From Acidobacteriota bacterium (lineage in GTDB: Bacteria > Acidobacteriota > UBA890 > WLXD01), in contig CBDBHB010000009.1 in NCBI GenBank assembly GCA_965205505.1, positions 2,976,001-3,040,000 of the forward strand: a stretch of DNA of 64,000 nt, given 5' to 3'. The notes under the pieces were generated by a model. It searched no databases and was not told the DNA's origin. It saw only the letters and a program-made list of their open reading frames with translations. Made by a program: the position numbers and the translations under genes. Of the stretch, positions 9,466-19,650 are shown in pieces. Each line of letters begins with the position of its first letter. Within the stretch, counting starts at the first letter, position 1.

Positions 9466-10610
9466 TCAAGATGTCACCGGCCGATGGTACTCATAGCCGT
9501 CGTTTCGCGTCTCGGCGTAGGGGTCTTCCAGGTCCGCGAACTCCTGCAAGAACCGCTTGCCGGCGTCGTCCAGGTCGGCGAGCGGTACAAGGTCGCCAGC
9601 GTCCTTCACTGCCTCGCCGCCGAGTAGTTCTTTCCAGTGGTCCGGCTTCGGCCTCGGCTTCGGTGGCTCGATCACCGTTGAACGTTGTCCATCGGTGGGC
9701 ATCGTTGACACCGGCGCCGGTGATGCTGGCGCGCTCGCTTGCTCCGCTTCCATGATGCGATCGCGATACGCTATCGCTTCGTCACACCGTCGCGCCATTT
9801 CCTGAGCGCTCGGCCTGGACGCGCCCCCTACCCCGCCGCTTTTTGCGGCTGCCTGTGGTGGTGAGTCACCCGGATGTGGCGGTTCCTCTCCGATCGGCCC
9901 GCCGCTCGGTTTACACGGATCGGCGCCCAAATCGCCGCCGGCCTCCTTGTCTCTCTCAGGCGCCCCGACGGACGGCGGCGGCGGAGCCTCCAGCGCAGCC
10001 GCAGCCGCGGCCGGTTTCCTCTGTTCAATGAAGGGGGGGGCGCTGTAGGCGCCCCCCTTCTCAGTTACTTGGTCAGTTAGGGGGACTGTGAGTCCGGGTT
10101 GGACTGCTTTGTGGACTGTCTGACCGGGTTGGACTCGGACTGTGAGTCCGGGTTGGCACGTGGGCCGCGGGCGCCCGATCGCAGCATCCAATACACGTTC
10201 GAGCGGCGCCCTTGGCTGCGTCCGGTGACTAGCTTCCCCAGCTTTTCTAGCTCTCGAATCCCGCGCCGGATTGTCCGCGACGAGACTCCCGCTTTGGCTG
10301 CCATCAACTCGAGAGACGGAAACGATTTGCCGGTGCCTTGGGCGGCGTGGCGCAGCAGCATCAATTCCACAATCTTCGCGCGCCATGATGTCTCTTCGTC
10401 GTCACAGATTTCTTGCAAGGCTGTCAACGCCCTGAACCCCCCCTTTGGCTCCTGCGGTGGCGGCGATGCCATCGCCATGGGCTCGCCGACAACCAGGCCG
10501 GCGGCTTGCAGCGCGCTCCATTCGGCGATTGTCTCGTCGAGTTCCTTATCCGCCGTTCGGGGTGCCGTGCGCCCCGATGCTGGCGGTGCCTCGTCGTGAT
10601 CGGGCACCGC
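9466..10610 (-). CDS. HTH replication initiator (phage O/HTH_36-like), frameshift at ~10080
   Basis: WRAKIVELMLLRHA...SFPSLELMAAKAGVSSRTIRRGIRELEKLG..SNVY. One extra C in the C-run would join DSQSP to LTDQVTEK. Start position uncertain. Confidence 0.7.
10030..10159. repeat. three iteron-like 23-bp direct repeats plus GC hairpin (putative origin)
   Basis: GGACTGTGAGTCCGGGTTGG(ACT) at 10083 and 10137, variant GGACTGTCTGACCGGGTTGGACT at 10113. Hairpin GAAG..GGGCGC-TGTAG-GCGCCCCCCTTC at 10030-10060. Confidence 0.75.
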
Positions 10611-10816
10611 GGCGGGAAGTGGAACCCAGCGCCCGGTGACGTAACGCTGCGGTCCGCGGCTCGTCGCACGTATGTAGCAAATCCCGCCGCTCCGCTCCGC
10701 TTCTGCAGCAGCGGCGGCGGTGCCGCCTGCCCTTTCAAGAACGTCGCGCTCAATCTCAACACCGCGCCGACGAATCGCGCGCGCGGCCGCCGGGCTCGGG
10801 CGGCTTGCCGCACGGC

Positions 10817-11020
10817 CTACGCGCCCTCGCGACCTGGGTCGCTCGTGCTGGTGCGCGTCTGCGCCTCGAGCCAGACCTCGATGTCGGCGATCGAGTATTT
10901 CACGAGGGCACCGACCTTCCGGTATCGGGGACCGTAGCCTCGCCAGCGCCACGTGGCGAGCGTCCCCGGCTTCACACCCAGCACCACAGCGGCGCGGCCG
11001 GTGTCGACGAGCTTTGTCAT
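10817..11020 (-). CDS. AlpA/excisionase-like HTH protein
   Basis: AAVVLGVKPGTLATWRWRGYGPRYRKVGALVKYSIADIEVWL. Confidence 0.9.
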   Translation of the reverse strand: MTKLVDTGRAAVVLGVKPGTLATWRWRGYGPRYRKVGALVKYSIADIEVWLEAQTRTSTSDPGREGA

Positions 11021-11103
11021 GCTTCGCTCCCCTGCCATACGGTTAGACAGGAGAGAAGTAGCAGACGCCGTCGGACGTTTGGCCCGAACTTCCGACGGCT
11101 GAT

Positions 11104-11577
11104 CTACGCCGATTCCCTGCTCTTTTCTGCAGCGTTGATCCGCTTCCGAAGTGACTCCTGGGCCTTTCGCATCTCGCGTCGATCAAATTGGTCAGGGATC
11201 GCCAGGCGCCCAACCCGGTCCCTGACTCGGGGAGTGTGTTCCCATTCCTCCAACGCATCGCAATGCCGACGGAATAGCTCGTGTGCCGCCGCGTTCGCTG
11301 AGAGAAACTGCCCCGGGTGATCCGCACGCAGTGTTCGGACCTCCTCGAGGAGGCGCACCTGCTGGTCCCGAACGACTTCTCGGCTCTTCGCCCTGCCAGT
11401 CTCGAAGGCGGCCAACCTCTTCGTGATTTTGCGTATGTACTTGTTGCCCAGTGCCGCCTGCCCGTCGGTGCCCTCGATCAGGCCTGGCGGGGCATCCCAT
11501 GGGGTCATCGCCGGTCCTCCATCAAGACTGTGTCCGGAACCTCGCCCCCCAAGTCCAGAGTCAATCGCTGCGCCCAC
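11104..11577 (-). CDS. hypothetical protein between int and AlpA
   Basis: Co-oriented helical ORF with no recognisable motif; start uncertain. Confidence 0.45.
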   Translation of the reverse strand: MGAAIDSGLGGRGSGHSLDGGPAMTPWDAPPGLIEGTDGQAALGNKYIRKITKRLAAFETGRAKSREVVRDQQVRLLEEVRTLRADHPGQFLSANAAAHELFRRHCDALEEWEHTPRVRDRVGRLAIPDQFDRREMRKAQESLRKRINAAEKSRESA

Positions 11578-11626
11578 ACGCTCGCTCGCCTCGCGGCCTC
11601 GCCGCGGCGCCGAGGTTCTTGTTGAG

Positions 11627-12862
11627 TCACCGTCGGTCGAGCGTCACAACATCGGCCTGACGCCCCTCCATCGCCGCGGCGATCCCGGCGGCGACCCGCT
11701 CTGCCGCTTCGCGCACCGGGTCAGCAGCCAGGTGTGCGTAGCGCTCAGTCGACGCAGCCTGGCGGTGGCCGAGTAGTTTGCCAACGAGCAGCAGCGAGAG
11801 CCCACTGCTCGCCGCCCAGGCGCCCACCGTGTGGCGCAGATCGTGGAGCCGGATGCCGGACAGCCCAGCTACTTCGAGCACGCGCCTCCACGGGAGGGCG
11901 AGGTCGGTGAGGTGGTTCCCTGCGTTCTGGCCGACGACCACCCACGGGTTGCCAGGCACGCGCGGGATCGTATCGAACACCGCCAGCGCTGGCGCCGTCA
12001 GCGGCATGTGGCGCTCGCCTGTCTTGGTGTCGGCCAGCCTAACCAAGGCGTGCTCGAAGTCGATGTCTTCCCAACGAAGCTGCAGAACCTCGTTGACTCT
12101 GCAGCCCGTGAACAGCAACAGCCGGAGCGCGGCGGCCGCGTGCGTCGAGACGGTGGTCACACGTCCGCCCACGCTGGCTAGCTCGACGCCCTCGCTCTCG
12201 AGCCTGGAGATCGCATCGCCGATCTTCACGAGCTCTTCGCTGCTGAGGTAGCGCTTCCTCGCTGTCTCCCTGTAGCGCTTCACGTCCTCGCTGGGATTCG
12301 TCCCGGGCCGACGGAGCCCCCGCTTCTCGGCAATCCGCATGAGCTTCGACAGCAGCCACAGGGCGCGGTTGGCGGCATAGGGCGTCCCCTTCATAGTTCG
12401 ATGGAAGGCCGCCACATCGTCCTCGGTGATCGCCGCTGGCCGGAACTTCCCGAATCTCGGAAGGATGTGCGCGTCGAGCAGCTGCTGGTAGGTACGCGCC
12501 GTCTTCGGCTTTCGGGCGGCGGCGATCTCTGCCATGAAGTCACGCGCAAGCTCGCCGAGCGTCGACGCTTGCCGCCGGCGTTGCCGGCGGGCCTCCACGG
12601 GATCCTCGCCGTCGTCGGCCTCGACGCGGGCTCTGCGTGCACGTTGACGCGCTTGCTGGACAGTCATCGGACCGAAGTCGCCCAGCTGCATCCACCGCTG
12701 GCGTCCTGCGACTTCGCAACGGAACACGAACGTCTTGCGGTTGCTCGGGTACACGCGCAGACCGAAGCCGCGGACGGCGTTGTCCCACAGAACGAAGCGT
12801 CGCTCGGTCGTCGGGTCGAACGGATACTCCGCCCGCTCACAGGCAGTCTTAGTCAGCTTCAC
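11627..12862 (-). CDS. int: tyrosine integrase with N-terminal arm-binding domain (island A)
   Basis: WDNAVRGFGLRV arm domain; catalytic TGCRVNE, KTG, HDLRH, LLGH, TERY. Confidence 0.95.
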   Translation of the reverse strand: MKLTKTACERAEYPFDPTTERRFVLWDNAVRGFGLRVYPSNRKTFVFRCEVAGRQRWMQLGDFGPMTVQQARQRARRARVEADDGEDPVEARRQRRRQASTLGELARDFMAEIAAARKPKTARTYQQLLDAHILPRFGKFRPAAITEDDVAAFHRTMKGTPYAANRALWLLSKLMRIAEKRGLRRPGTNPSEDVKRYRETARKRYLSSEELVKIGDAISRLESEGVELASVGGRVTTVSTHAAAALRLLLFTGCRVNEVLQLRWEDIDFEHALVRLADTKTGERHMPLTAPALAVFDTIPRVPGNPWVVVGQNAGNHLTDLALPWRRVLEVAGLSGIRLHDLRHTVGAWAASSGLSLLLVGKLLGHRQAASTERYAHLAADPVREAAERVAAGIAAAMEGRQADVVTLDRR

Positions 12863-12925
12863 GCCCCGTCACCCCACACACACCGCCGCGTCGCCGGCCC
12901 GAGAACGGATAGTCATCCAGTCCGG

Positions 12926-12943
12926 CGGTCACTGAACGGTCAC
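12926..12943 (+). promoter_or_regulatory. putative integrase arm-type sites, CGGTCAC x2
   Basis: Direct repeats at 12926 and 12937 (11-bp period) between the int start and the att core. Confidence 0.5.
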
Positions 12944-13078
12944 GCCCGAAAGTACATTTCCGAGCATTTCCATCGAAGTGTATAGTTGGGCGTAGATACC
13001 TGCAACACTATGTGAACAAATGGAGTTATGAGAAATTTCCTACTCCCTATGGCGAATAAGGAATTCCCGGACGGAGGA

Positions 13079-13122
13079 ATTCGTAATCAGCAGGTCCGCG
13101 GTTCGAATCCGCGCGCCGGCTC
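13079..13122 (+). repeat. att site 1: 3' half of tRNA-Thr(CGT)
   Basis: ATTCGTAATCAGCAGGTCCGCGGTTCGAATCCGCGCGCCGGCTC contains the anticodon loop (CGT), T-arm and acceptor 3' strand. The 5' half is absent. Confidence 0.9.
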
Positions 13123-13143
13123 TTTTGTTTCAACTAGGCGCAG

Positions 13144-15291
13144 CTACTCTCGCGACACCTCATCCGCCGGAGGGTCGACGAGCCGCACGGCCCACAGCCC
13201 GGAGTGGTAGTCGGCGAAGAAGATATTGCCCTTGAACGGCTGCGCCCCCCAGACGAGCGGGTGGTTCGGCACGAAGCCCTCGGGGTCGTACGACTTGAAA
13301 TTCGCGATCTCGCGTCCCTGTCGATACAGGTCGCCCATCAACTCGCCGGAAATGTCGACGATTCGCAGGCCGCCGCCGTAGTAGGCGACGTACATCACGT
13401 CGTCCTCGACCCAGATGTTGTGCGTGCCCACCTCGGGTACTTCGTAACGAGCGACCTCCTTGGGGTTGTCCCAATCGTCCCATTCGATGATGTGGATCCA
13501 GCCCTTGTAGCGCTCCGGCTCGCCCGGGTAGCCGGGGGTTCCCTCGCCGAACTCGGGGCGGCGCCCGGGAAGCCCGCGCCCCGCCTCGTCGCCCGCGATC
13601 ACATAGCGCTTCCCGGTGGACTTGCTGTGGTAGGGGACGGTCGAGTGGTTCCAGCCACTCGGATAGGTGTAGCTGCCGAGCACGACCGGATTGCGTGGCG
13701 ACCCACCCCTGCCGCCGCCACCGACATCGACGGCGACGACACCATCCACCCAGTTGGACGAGTAGGCGATGCCTTCCTCCACCCACACGTCGTGGATCGA
13801 GTGCGCGGGGGTATCCAGCTCGAAGCTACCGACGCGATGTGGGTCGGTCGGGTCTTCGATGTTGATGATGTCGTAGCGGCGCCCGGCCGAGAGCGCGTAC
13901 ACGTGGCTATCGTAGATGAAGACGTTGTGCACCCCGCCGGTCAGCTGGTCGTCGAACCGCGACAGCACCGTCACCCCGTCGGTCGGATTGGAGACGTCCA
14001 GGACGACGAGGCCGTTGCGACGGTTGGAGGCGCCCTCCCGGCTGATCACCGCGATGCGACCGTCCTCCGAGACCTTGAGATCGTTGACCGTGCGTGCGTC
14101 CACGAGCACGACGTCGACGATCCTCATATCGCTCGGGTCCGTCACATCCCAGAAGAAGGCGTGGCCCTCGGCTTGATAGGTGCCGGTCATCGCGTAATCG
14201 CGCCCGTCGGGCGCTTCCCAGACCCACAGGTCGGAGGTGAAGCGATCCCGCACCGGACCGTGACCGACCAGTTCGACATGGCGTCGGATGTCGCGCGGCA
14301 CGATATGAACCGTGCGCGCAACGGACCGGCCTCCCGAGGAGGAAGCGATGGTGTAATTGCCTGGACGGTCGGCGACGAAGCGGCCGTCCTCGGCGATCAT
14401 TCCCGATGGCGGCTCGCCCGCGCCGCGCTCGAAAGTACTGGCGCGGAACGTGTAGAGAACCGGCGCGTCATCGACGGGGCCGCCGTCGGCATCGAGGGCG
14501 GTCGCTTTGAAGCGGATCACGTCGCCGGTACGCGCCTCCGTCGCGCTGGCCTCGAGCGTCAGGTCGGTGACTGGATTGGGCTCGACGCCGATGCTCAGCT
14601 CGGCGGTCGCCTCGTCAGCCTCCACCATGACCTTTGTCCGCCCCTCCCGCACCAGCGTCAGGTGGCCGCGCCCGTCGATCGTCGCGATGCCCACATCGCC
14701 GGTCGAATAGCGCAATTCGGCATCTCTCCGCAGCGCGCCGTCGGCTCCGCGGGCCTGGACCTGCAGCCGGATCGTCGAGCCGGCGTAGAATCGCGCCGGC
14801 ACATCGACGAACCCGAGCTCGGTAATCGAAGTTGGGGCGATCGTCACGCGCACGCGCGCCTCCAGCGCGGCATCGGTGCGGGCAGCGGCGTCTGCTCCGG
14901 CGGTGGGAACTCGCACCACGATGGTGAAGTCGCCCGGCCGTCGCGCCTCGACCCGGCCATCCTGCTCTACCCACACGTCGCGTCGCGACATCGACAGAAA
15001 GAGCACCGGCACGTCCAGCGCATTGCCGGCGGCGTCGAGCACCGTGGCGTCGATCTGCGCGCTGTCACCGGCCTGTAGCAACAGCTCGGTCGGCTCAACG
15101 GTCAGCCGCGCCGGCGGGGCTTCCTGCGAGGGCGGCGGAGCGAGGAGCAAGCGTACGGAGTTGCTTGGAGCTGGCGCGCTGCCGGTGACCGTCATCAGCG
15201 CAGCCGCCAGTGCCGCCACGCCCGAGATCGGAGTCCTTCCCGTCATCGCTACCCTCCCCGCGTCAGGCCAGACGGTCCGCTCGGGTTTCAT
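13144..15291 (-). CDS. secreted Ig-like (Big_2) + LVIVD-repeat beta-propeller protein
   Basis: Signal-like N-term, LTVEPTELLL..GD Ig domains, repeats GLVVLDVSNP, GVVAVDV, GLRIVDIS. The longer ORF call runs into a MITE. Confidence 0.85.
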   Translation of the reverse strand: MKPERTVWPDAGRVAMTGRTPISGVAALAAALMTVTGSAPAPSNSVRLLLAPPPSQEAPPARLTVEPTELLLQAGDSAQIDATVLDAAGNALDVPVLFLSMSRRDVWVEQDGRVEARRPGDFTIVVRVPTAGADAAARTDAALEARVRVTIAPTSITELGFVDVPARFYAGSTIRLQVQARGADGALRRDAELRYSTGDVGIATIDGRGHLTLVREGRTKVMVEADEATAELSIGVEPNPVTDLTLEASATEARTGDVIRFKATALDADGGPVDDAPVLYTFRASTFERGAGEPPSGMIAEDGRFVADRPGNYTIASSSGGRSVARTVHIVPRDIRRHVELVGHGPVRDRFTSDLWVWEAPDGRDYAMTGTYQAEGHAFFWDVTDPSDMRIVDVVLVDARTVNDLKVSEDGRIAVISREGASNRRNGLVVLDVSNPTDGVTVLSRFDDQLTGGVHNVFIYDSHVYALSAGRRYDIINIEDPTDPHRVGSFELDTPAHSIHDVWVEEGIAYSSNWVDGVVAVDVGGGGRGGSPRNPVVLGSYTYPSGWNHSTVPYHSKSTGKRYVIAGDEAGRGLPGRRPEFGEGTPGYPGEPERYKGWIHIIEWDDWDNPKEVARYEVPEVGTHNIWVEDDVMYVAYYGGGLRIVDISGELMGDLYRQGREIANFKSYDPEGFVPNHPLVWGAQPFKGNIFFADYHSGLWAVRLVDPPADEVSRE

Positions 15292-15387
15292 TGGTCGCCT
15301 GCTGGATCGGTGTGAAGGTCGATTGTATCCACTCGCGCCTCGATCGTCCCAGACAGCTGACGCGTTCATCGCTCGGCGGTCACCCAG

Positions 15388-15657
15388 CAGGCCGTGGTGA
15401 AAGTGTGGTGGGTCTGGCGACAGGGTCTTGCGAAGTGCAGGCAAGGAGAGAGGAGGAGGCGATGGGTACCCCATCGTTGACGAGGAACGACGCAGGATAC
15501 GCGCGCAACCCCTGTCGTCCGAAGGGTTACGGCGATTTGGGGCCGTTTGCGGCGTTGGCCTTCCTCGACGATGGCTAGGGCATCGCCTGTGTCAGGCCGC
15601 CTTGCATCTGGCCCCAACTCGCCGTAACCAGACCCACCACACTTTCACCACGGCCTG
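15388..15657. mobile_element. MITE (270 bp) with perfect 30-bp terminal inverted repeats
   Basis: CAGGCCGTGGTGAAAGTGTGGTGGGTCTGG and its exact reverse complement at 15628-15657; flanks CCAG / CTAG. Confidence 0.85.
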
Positions 15658-15747
15658 CTAGCCGCGAGACTCAGAGCCACTTCATGATCTGCGTGCGACG
15701 GTCGGGGTTGAGATCGGAGGGAGCGACATCTCAAAAGCTCCTCCGCG

Positions 15748-17247
15748 TCAAGAGCGAGCGGCACGGGCAAGCGGGTTGAGAATCCCGAGCCGATCACGCA
15801 GCGGCACGACGTTACCCTCTGCATCGCGTAGCGGCCATGGCGGATCGACACCCTGGGTGAGCGGGGTTGCTATCAGCAAACCCAGGGCACTTGCCAACAA
15901 ACCGAAGAGATCCGCCGGCAGGGTTGGGAACAGCCTGCCGCTAACGAGCCAGGTCATGACTCCGGCGATCATGCCGGTAAGGGTGCCGCAACGATTTGCC
16001 TTCGACCACCAGATCCCAGCGATCAACGGCGCCGCCATACACACCAGGGTGATCGAGACAGCATCGAGCATCAGCGAGTAGATCGTCCGCACATAGAGCG
16101 CAATCGCGAGCGCCGTGAAACCGAATACAGGAACCGCAAGACGTGCCGTCATCAAACGTGTCCGATCGCTGACCCCGGGAAAGAAGAAGGGCACGACGTC
16201 CGAAGCGACGATGCTCGCCGGTGACAGCAACGCGCTGTCGGCGCTGCTCATGATCGCGGCCAGCAGCGCCCCGACAAAAATCGCCATCGCGACCGGATGT
16301 AGGTAACGCATCGCCAACTCGGGGACGACGAGCTCCGGGTCGAGCAACCCCGGCAACGCGATCGCGCCGGCCATGCCCAAAAAGACAGGGATCATGCCGA
16401 TGGTCAGATAGCCGATCGCAGCCAGATAGGCAGCGTTCTGGGCAACAGACTCATCACGACTCGACAATGTTCGTTGCAGAATGTTCTGACTCGGCAAGCT
16501 CCCAAGACCGACGATCGCCCAAGCTCGCACATAATGAAGCCAAGAACCGAGGTCGTGCTGTCGCGGAATCAAACGGAAGCTGCCCTCGGGCAACGCTGCC
16601 ATCACGACACCAACGCCGCCGAGATCGCTGATGACGATTGGCAGCAGCAGCACCAAACCTGCTGTCAAGATCAGGACCTGAGCGAAATCGGTCAGCGCCA
16701 CCGCCCACATCCCGCCCGCCGCCGTATAAATCAGGACGATCACGGTCGCGATCAGAACTCCCATAGTGGTCGAGATCCCTACAAGCGCATGTAGGATGTA
16801 GCCGAAGGCAAGCAGTTGCGCTCCGGCCCAGCCAACGTTGGTGGTACAAATCGCCACCGCCGCCAGCATGCCTGCGGTATCACCGTATCGGCTCTTGAAG
16901 AAGCCTACGACCGTCAACAACCGCAGCCGGCGCAGCATACGAGCAAAGAACAGACCGACCAGAACGAGCACCAGCGCAGCAGCAAAAGGAACTGCGATGA
17001 CGCCCAGAAAGCCGTCTTCATACGCGGCGCCGGCGGCGCCCATCACGGTGCCAGCCGACATCCAGGTCGCCACCAGCGTCGACGTACAGAGCCACAGGGG
17101 AAGACGGCGTCCGGCGACGACGAACTCGTCGGCGCTCCCGACACGGCGCGCAGCGACAACGCCGATCACCAGCATGCCAAGAAGATAAAGGCCAACACCG
17201 GTGAGAAGGATCTGTTGATCGCTCAAGGTTCCGGGTCCTGGCACCAC
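15748..17247 (-). CDS. sodium:solute symporter (SSS family)
   Basis: ~13 hydrophobic segments; FVVAGRRLP, YTAAGGMWAVALTDFAQ, AAIMSSADS. Confidence 0.92.
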   Translation of the reverse strand: MVPGPGTLSDQQILLTGVGLYLLGMLVIGVVAARRVGSADEFVVAGRRLPLWLCTSTLVATWMSAGTVMGAAGAAYEDGFLGVIAVPFAAALVLVLVGLFFARMLRRLRLLTVVGFFKSRYGDTAGMLAAVAICTTNVGWAGAQLLAFGYILHALVGISTTMGVLIATVIVLIYTAAGGMWAVALTDFAQVLILTAGLVLLLPIVISDLGGVGVVMAALPEGSFRLIPRQHDLGSWLHYVRAWAIVGLGSLPSQNILQRTLSSRDESVAQNAAYLAAIGYLTIGMIPVFLGMAGAIALPGLLDPELVVPELAMRYLHPVAMAIFVGALLAAIMSSADSALLSPASIVASDVVPFFFPGVSDRTRLMTARLAVPVFGFTALAIALYVRTIYSLMLDAVSITLVCMAAPLIAGIWWSKANRCGTLTGMIAGVMTWLVSGRLFPTLPADLFGLLASALGLLIATPLTQGVDPPWPLRDAEGNVVPLRDRLGILNPLARAARS

Positions 17248-17318
17248 ACCTGGTTCTTGGACGAGGTCTTCGTCAGGTCAGATACCGCGATCATCCAGCC
17301 CACAGAGGAGCCGCCGCC

Positions 17319-17765
17319 ATGAGCGAAAGTGAAGTCAAGCCGCAGGTCGTGAGCGAAGGCGACGTAAAGATGGTGGGGCCCGGCCACGTCGCCAGCCACT
17401 ACATCTCCGTTCCCATCAAGCAATTCTTTCGGCTGAAGAACGTCGGCAACATCGGTGTCTGTCACATGGAACCGGGTGATGAAACCTGCGTATTTGCCAT
17501 CGAAGAAGAAGACGATGGAACGGCGCCGCACCACTATGGCCCCTGTGACGAGTTCTACTACATCCTGTATGGCGAGTTTACGGTTTGGTGGGGAAAAGAC
17601 GCCGCCAATCTGGACGAATTCTACGAGCTCAAAGAGGGCGACTGCGCATACTATCCGACGGGCTGGAAGTACAAAGTGAAGAACACCGGGAGCTCACCGG
17701 GCAAGTTCTTCTACTACATGTCATCACCGCGCAGCGGCGTTCAGCGGCTCGACAGTGTGACCTAG
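17319..17765 (+). CDS. cupin-domain protein
   Basis: DEFYYILYGEF...LKEGDCAYYPTGWKYKVKNTG; RBS GAGGAG; divergent from the SSS gene. Confidence 0.8.
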   Translation: MSESEVKPQVVSEGDVKMVGPGHVASHYISVPIKQFFRLKNVGNIGVCHMEPGDETCVFAIEEEDDGTAPHHYGPCDEFYYILYGEFTVWWGKDAANLDEFYELKEGDCAYYPTGWKYKVKNTGSSPGKFFYYMSSPRSGVQRLDSVT

Positions 17766-17798
17766 CAGGCCCGCCACACTTTCACCACGGCCTGCTAG
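17762..17798. repeat. collapsed MITE remnant with CTAG duplication
   Basis: CTAG-CAGGCC-CGCCACACTTTCACCACGGCCTG-CTAG matches the ends of the 15388 MITE. Confidence 0.75.
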
Positions 17799-17813
17799 AG
17801 AGTGAGTTAGAGG

Positions 17814-19451
17814 ATGCAAGCGGACCTGGTCCTATTGAACGGCAAGATCGTCACGATGGATGCTGCGGGCTCTGCCGTCCAAGCGCTGGCGGTCGGCGGC
17901 GATCGATTCATTGCGGTCGGCACGAATGCCGATGTCGAATCCCTGCGTGGCAAGAACACTCGAACGATCGATCTAGAGGGCCGCGTCGTTCTTCCGGGGT
18001 TCATCGATGCCCACGTTCACGTGGACTGTGCGGCCGTCAATACGAAGCTCGCTACCAGTTGCCACATCCCACCCGTCGACTACGTCGAAGTTCTCGGTAC
18101 CACTCGGTCCAAGGAAGCCATCTTGAATTTCGTCAAGCAGGCTGCGCTGGAGACTCACGCCGGGGAGTGGATCATCGGTCAGGGACGGTTCACGCTCGAA
18201 GTCGACGGAAACTCACCCAGCAAGGATCAGCTCGACGCAATTGCTCCGCGCCACCCCGTCATGATCCGCTACAGCGCACATTCACAGCTGCTCAATAGCC
18301 TGGCGCTTCAGCTCGTCGGCATTACCCGAGATCGTCCGACGCAAGAAGAGCTAGACGAAGTCGCTCCTCGGGCAAAAGTACGCCGAGATTCTGCAACCGG
18401 TGAACCGACCGGTGTGGTGAACGAGTGCATCGATTGGATCTTTCCGCGGAGTAGCCCCTGGAAATACGACGAGTTGCGTCGCGCCATTCGCCAAACCTGC
18501 GAAGAAGCCAGTCGTTTCGGCGTGACGGGTATCCACGAGTTCGTGAGTTGGCCCGATAGCGCGCGCATTTATCAGGAACTCTATAGAGATGGAGACTTGT
18601 CCCTGCGTGTCCAGCTCTGCCCCTGCGTTTGGGGCCTGCAGCATACGTTGGAGATGGACTCCCTGTTGAACCTCGGCTTGCAGACGGGTTTCGGCAACGA
18701 CTGGATCAAATTCGGAAGCGCAAAGATCTTCGTCGATGGCGAAGGGCGCGACGAGAACGGCGTCGCACAAATTTGGCCTCGAATTGAGCAGGATCGGCTC
18801 GATGCCCTCGTTGCCGGCGCCCACCGTGCCGGCATTCGCGTGATGATGCACGCGACATCGCGCGAAGGTCAGGACATGGCGATCCGGGCCATCGAGGCTG
18901 CACTCCGCGATTTCCCGCGATCGGATCATCGTCATCGCATCGAGCATTTCGCGGGTGACTATTGGCCCGAGGGCCTCGCGCGTTTGAAGAAGTCGGGAAT
19001 ACTCCCGGTTCCGACTCCGTACAGCTCCTGGGGATGGTACGGGGATGCCTGGCTCGACTCCGCCCAGCCGGGCCAGAAGGTCGTCCCGTATCGATCGTTG
19101 TTGGATGAGGGATTCATGCCGCCGGGCAACTCCGACTGTATGGGAACGGAGCCCGAGGCGTTGAATCCGTGGTGGAGCATCTGGTGTGTCGTGGCGCGAA
19201 AGACCCGAAGTGGTCGTTCGATCTGCCCCGAGGAAGGGCTCGACGTGTTGGAGGCTATTCGCCTCTACACGACGTACTCTGCCTACGCGGGTTTCGAGGA
19301 AGCCAGCAAAGGATCGCTCGAGCCCGGCAAGCTGGCGGATTTGATCGTTCTCTCGGAGGATCCCTTCGAGATTCCGGTGGATGCGTTAAAAGACTTGCAG
19401 GTGGAGACCACGGTTGTAGGGGGTCGCGTCGTCTACGAGGGAAGGGGCTGA
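17814..19451 (+). CDS. amidohydrolase 3 (YtcJ-like), cytoplasmic
   Basis: PGFIDAHVH, KIFVDG, MMHA, RHRIEH, GSLEPGKLADL. Confidence 0.92.
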   Translation: MQADLVLLNGKIVTMDAAGSAVQALAVGGDRFIAVGTNADVESLRGKNTRTIDLEGRVVLPGFIDAHVHVDCAAVNTKLATSCHIPPVDYVEVLGTTRSKEAILNFVKQAALETHAGEWIIGQGRFTLEVDGNSPSKDQLDAIAPRHPVMIRYSAHSQLLNSLALQLVGITRDRPTQEELDEVAPRAKVRRDSATGEPTGVVNECIDWIFPRSSPWKYDELRRAIRQTCEEASRFGVTGIHEFVSWPDSARIYQELYRDGDLSLRVQLCPCVWGLQHTLEMDSLLNLGLQTGFGNDWIKFGSAKIFVDGEGRDENGVAQIWPRIEQDRLDALVAGAHRAGIRVMMHATSREGQDMAIRAIEAALRDFPRSDHRHRIEHFAGDYWPEGLARLKKSGILPVPTPYSSWGWYGDAWLDSAQPGQKVVPYRSLLDEGFMPPGNSDCMGTEPEALNPWWSIWCVVARKTRSGRSICPEEGLDVLEAIRLYTTYSAYAGFEEASKGSLEPGKLADLIVLSEDPFEIPVDALKDLQVETTVVGGRVVYEGRG

Positions 19452-19650
19452 GATGAGCACCGCGCCCCTTCAGAGAAGTCGCCAGCCATCGGCTGCTGCG
19501 CCCGATCCATAATGGCTTGGCCTTGGCAGGAATCCACCGCTCCCTGAGACTCCGCTCACCGGCTGCCGGGGTCACCAAGCGGAAGGTCGGGCGGTTGAGT
19601 TGACAGTGCCTCGCTCACCGTTCTGCTTACCGGGTGGGGTGCTTATTTCC

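Larger units (their letters stand above)
1..13122. mobile_element. Island A: phage-satellite (PICI-like) element integrated at tRNA-Thr(CGT); left end outside window
   Basis: Minus-strand order int - hypothetical - AlpA - rep - TerS - TerL reading inward from a tRNA 3' repeat at 13079-13122, followed by accessory cargo. Confidence 0.75.

Noticed and set aside
10083-10159. Mini CRISPR array (also 57370-57442)
   Set aside because: Spacers are only 1-7 bp and there are no cas genes; the repeats are better explained as iterons and IS21 end repeats
13079-13122. Functional tRNA-Thr gene (also 21473-21542 and 53761-53804)
   Set aside because: The 5' acceptor strand and D-arm are missing or degenerate, so these are att repeats
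13204-15078. Long antisense ORFs (also 20044-20928, 48123-49067, 61436-62302)
   Set aside because: Shadow ORFs of GC-rich genes on the opposite strand, with no motifs
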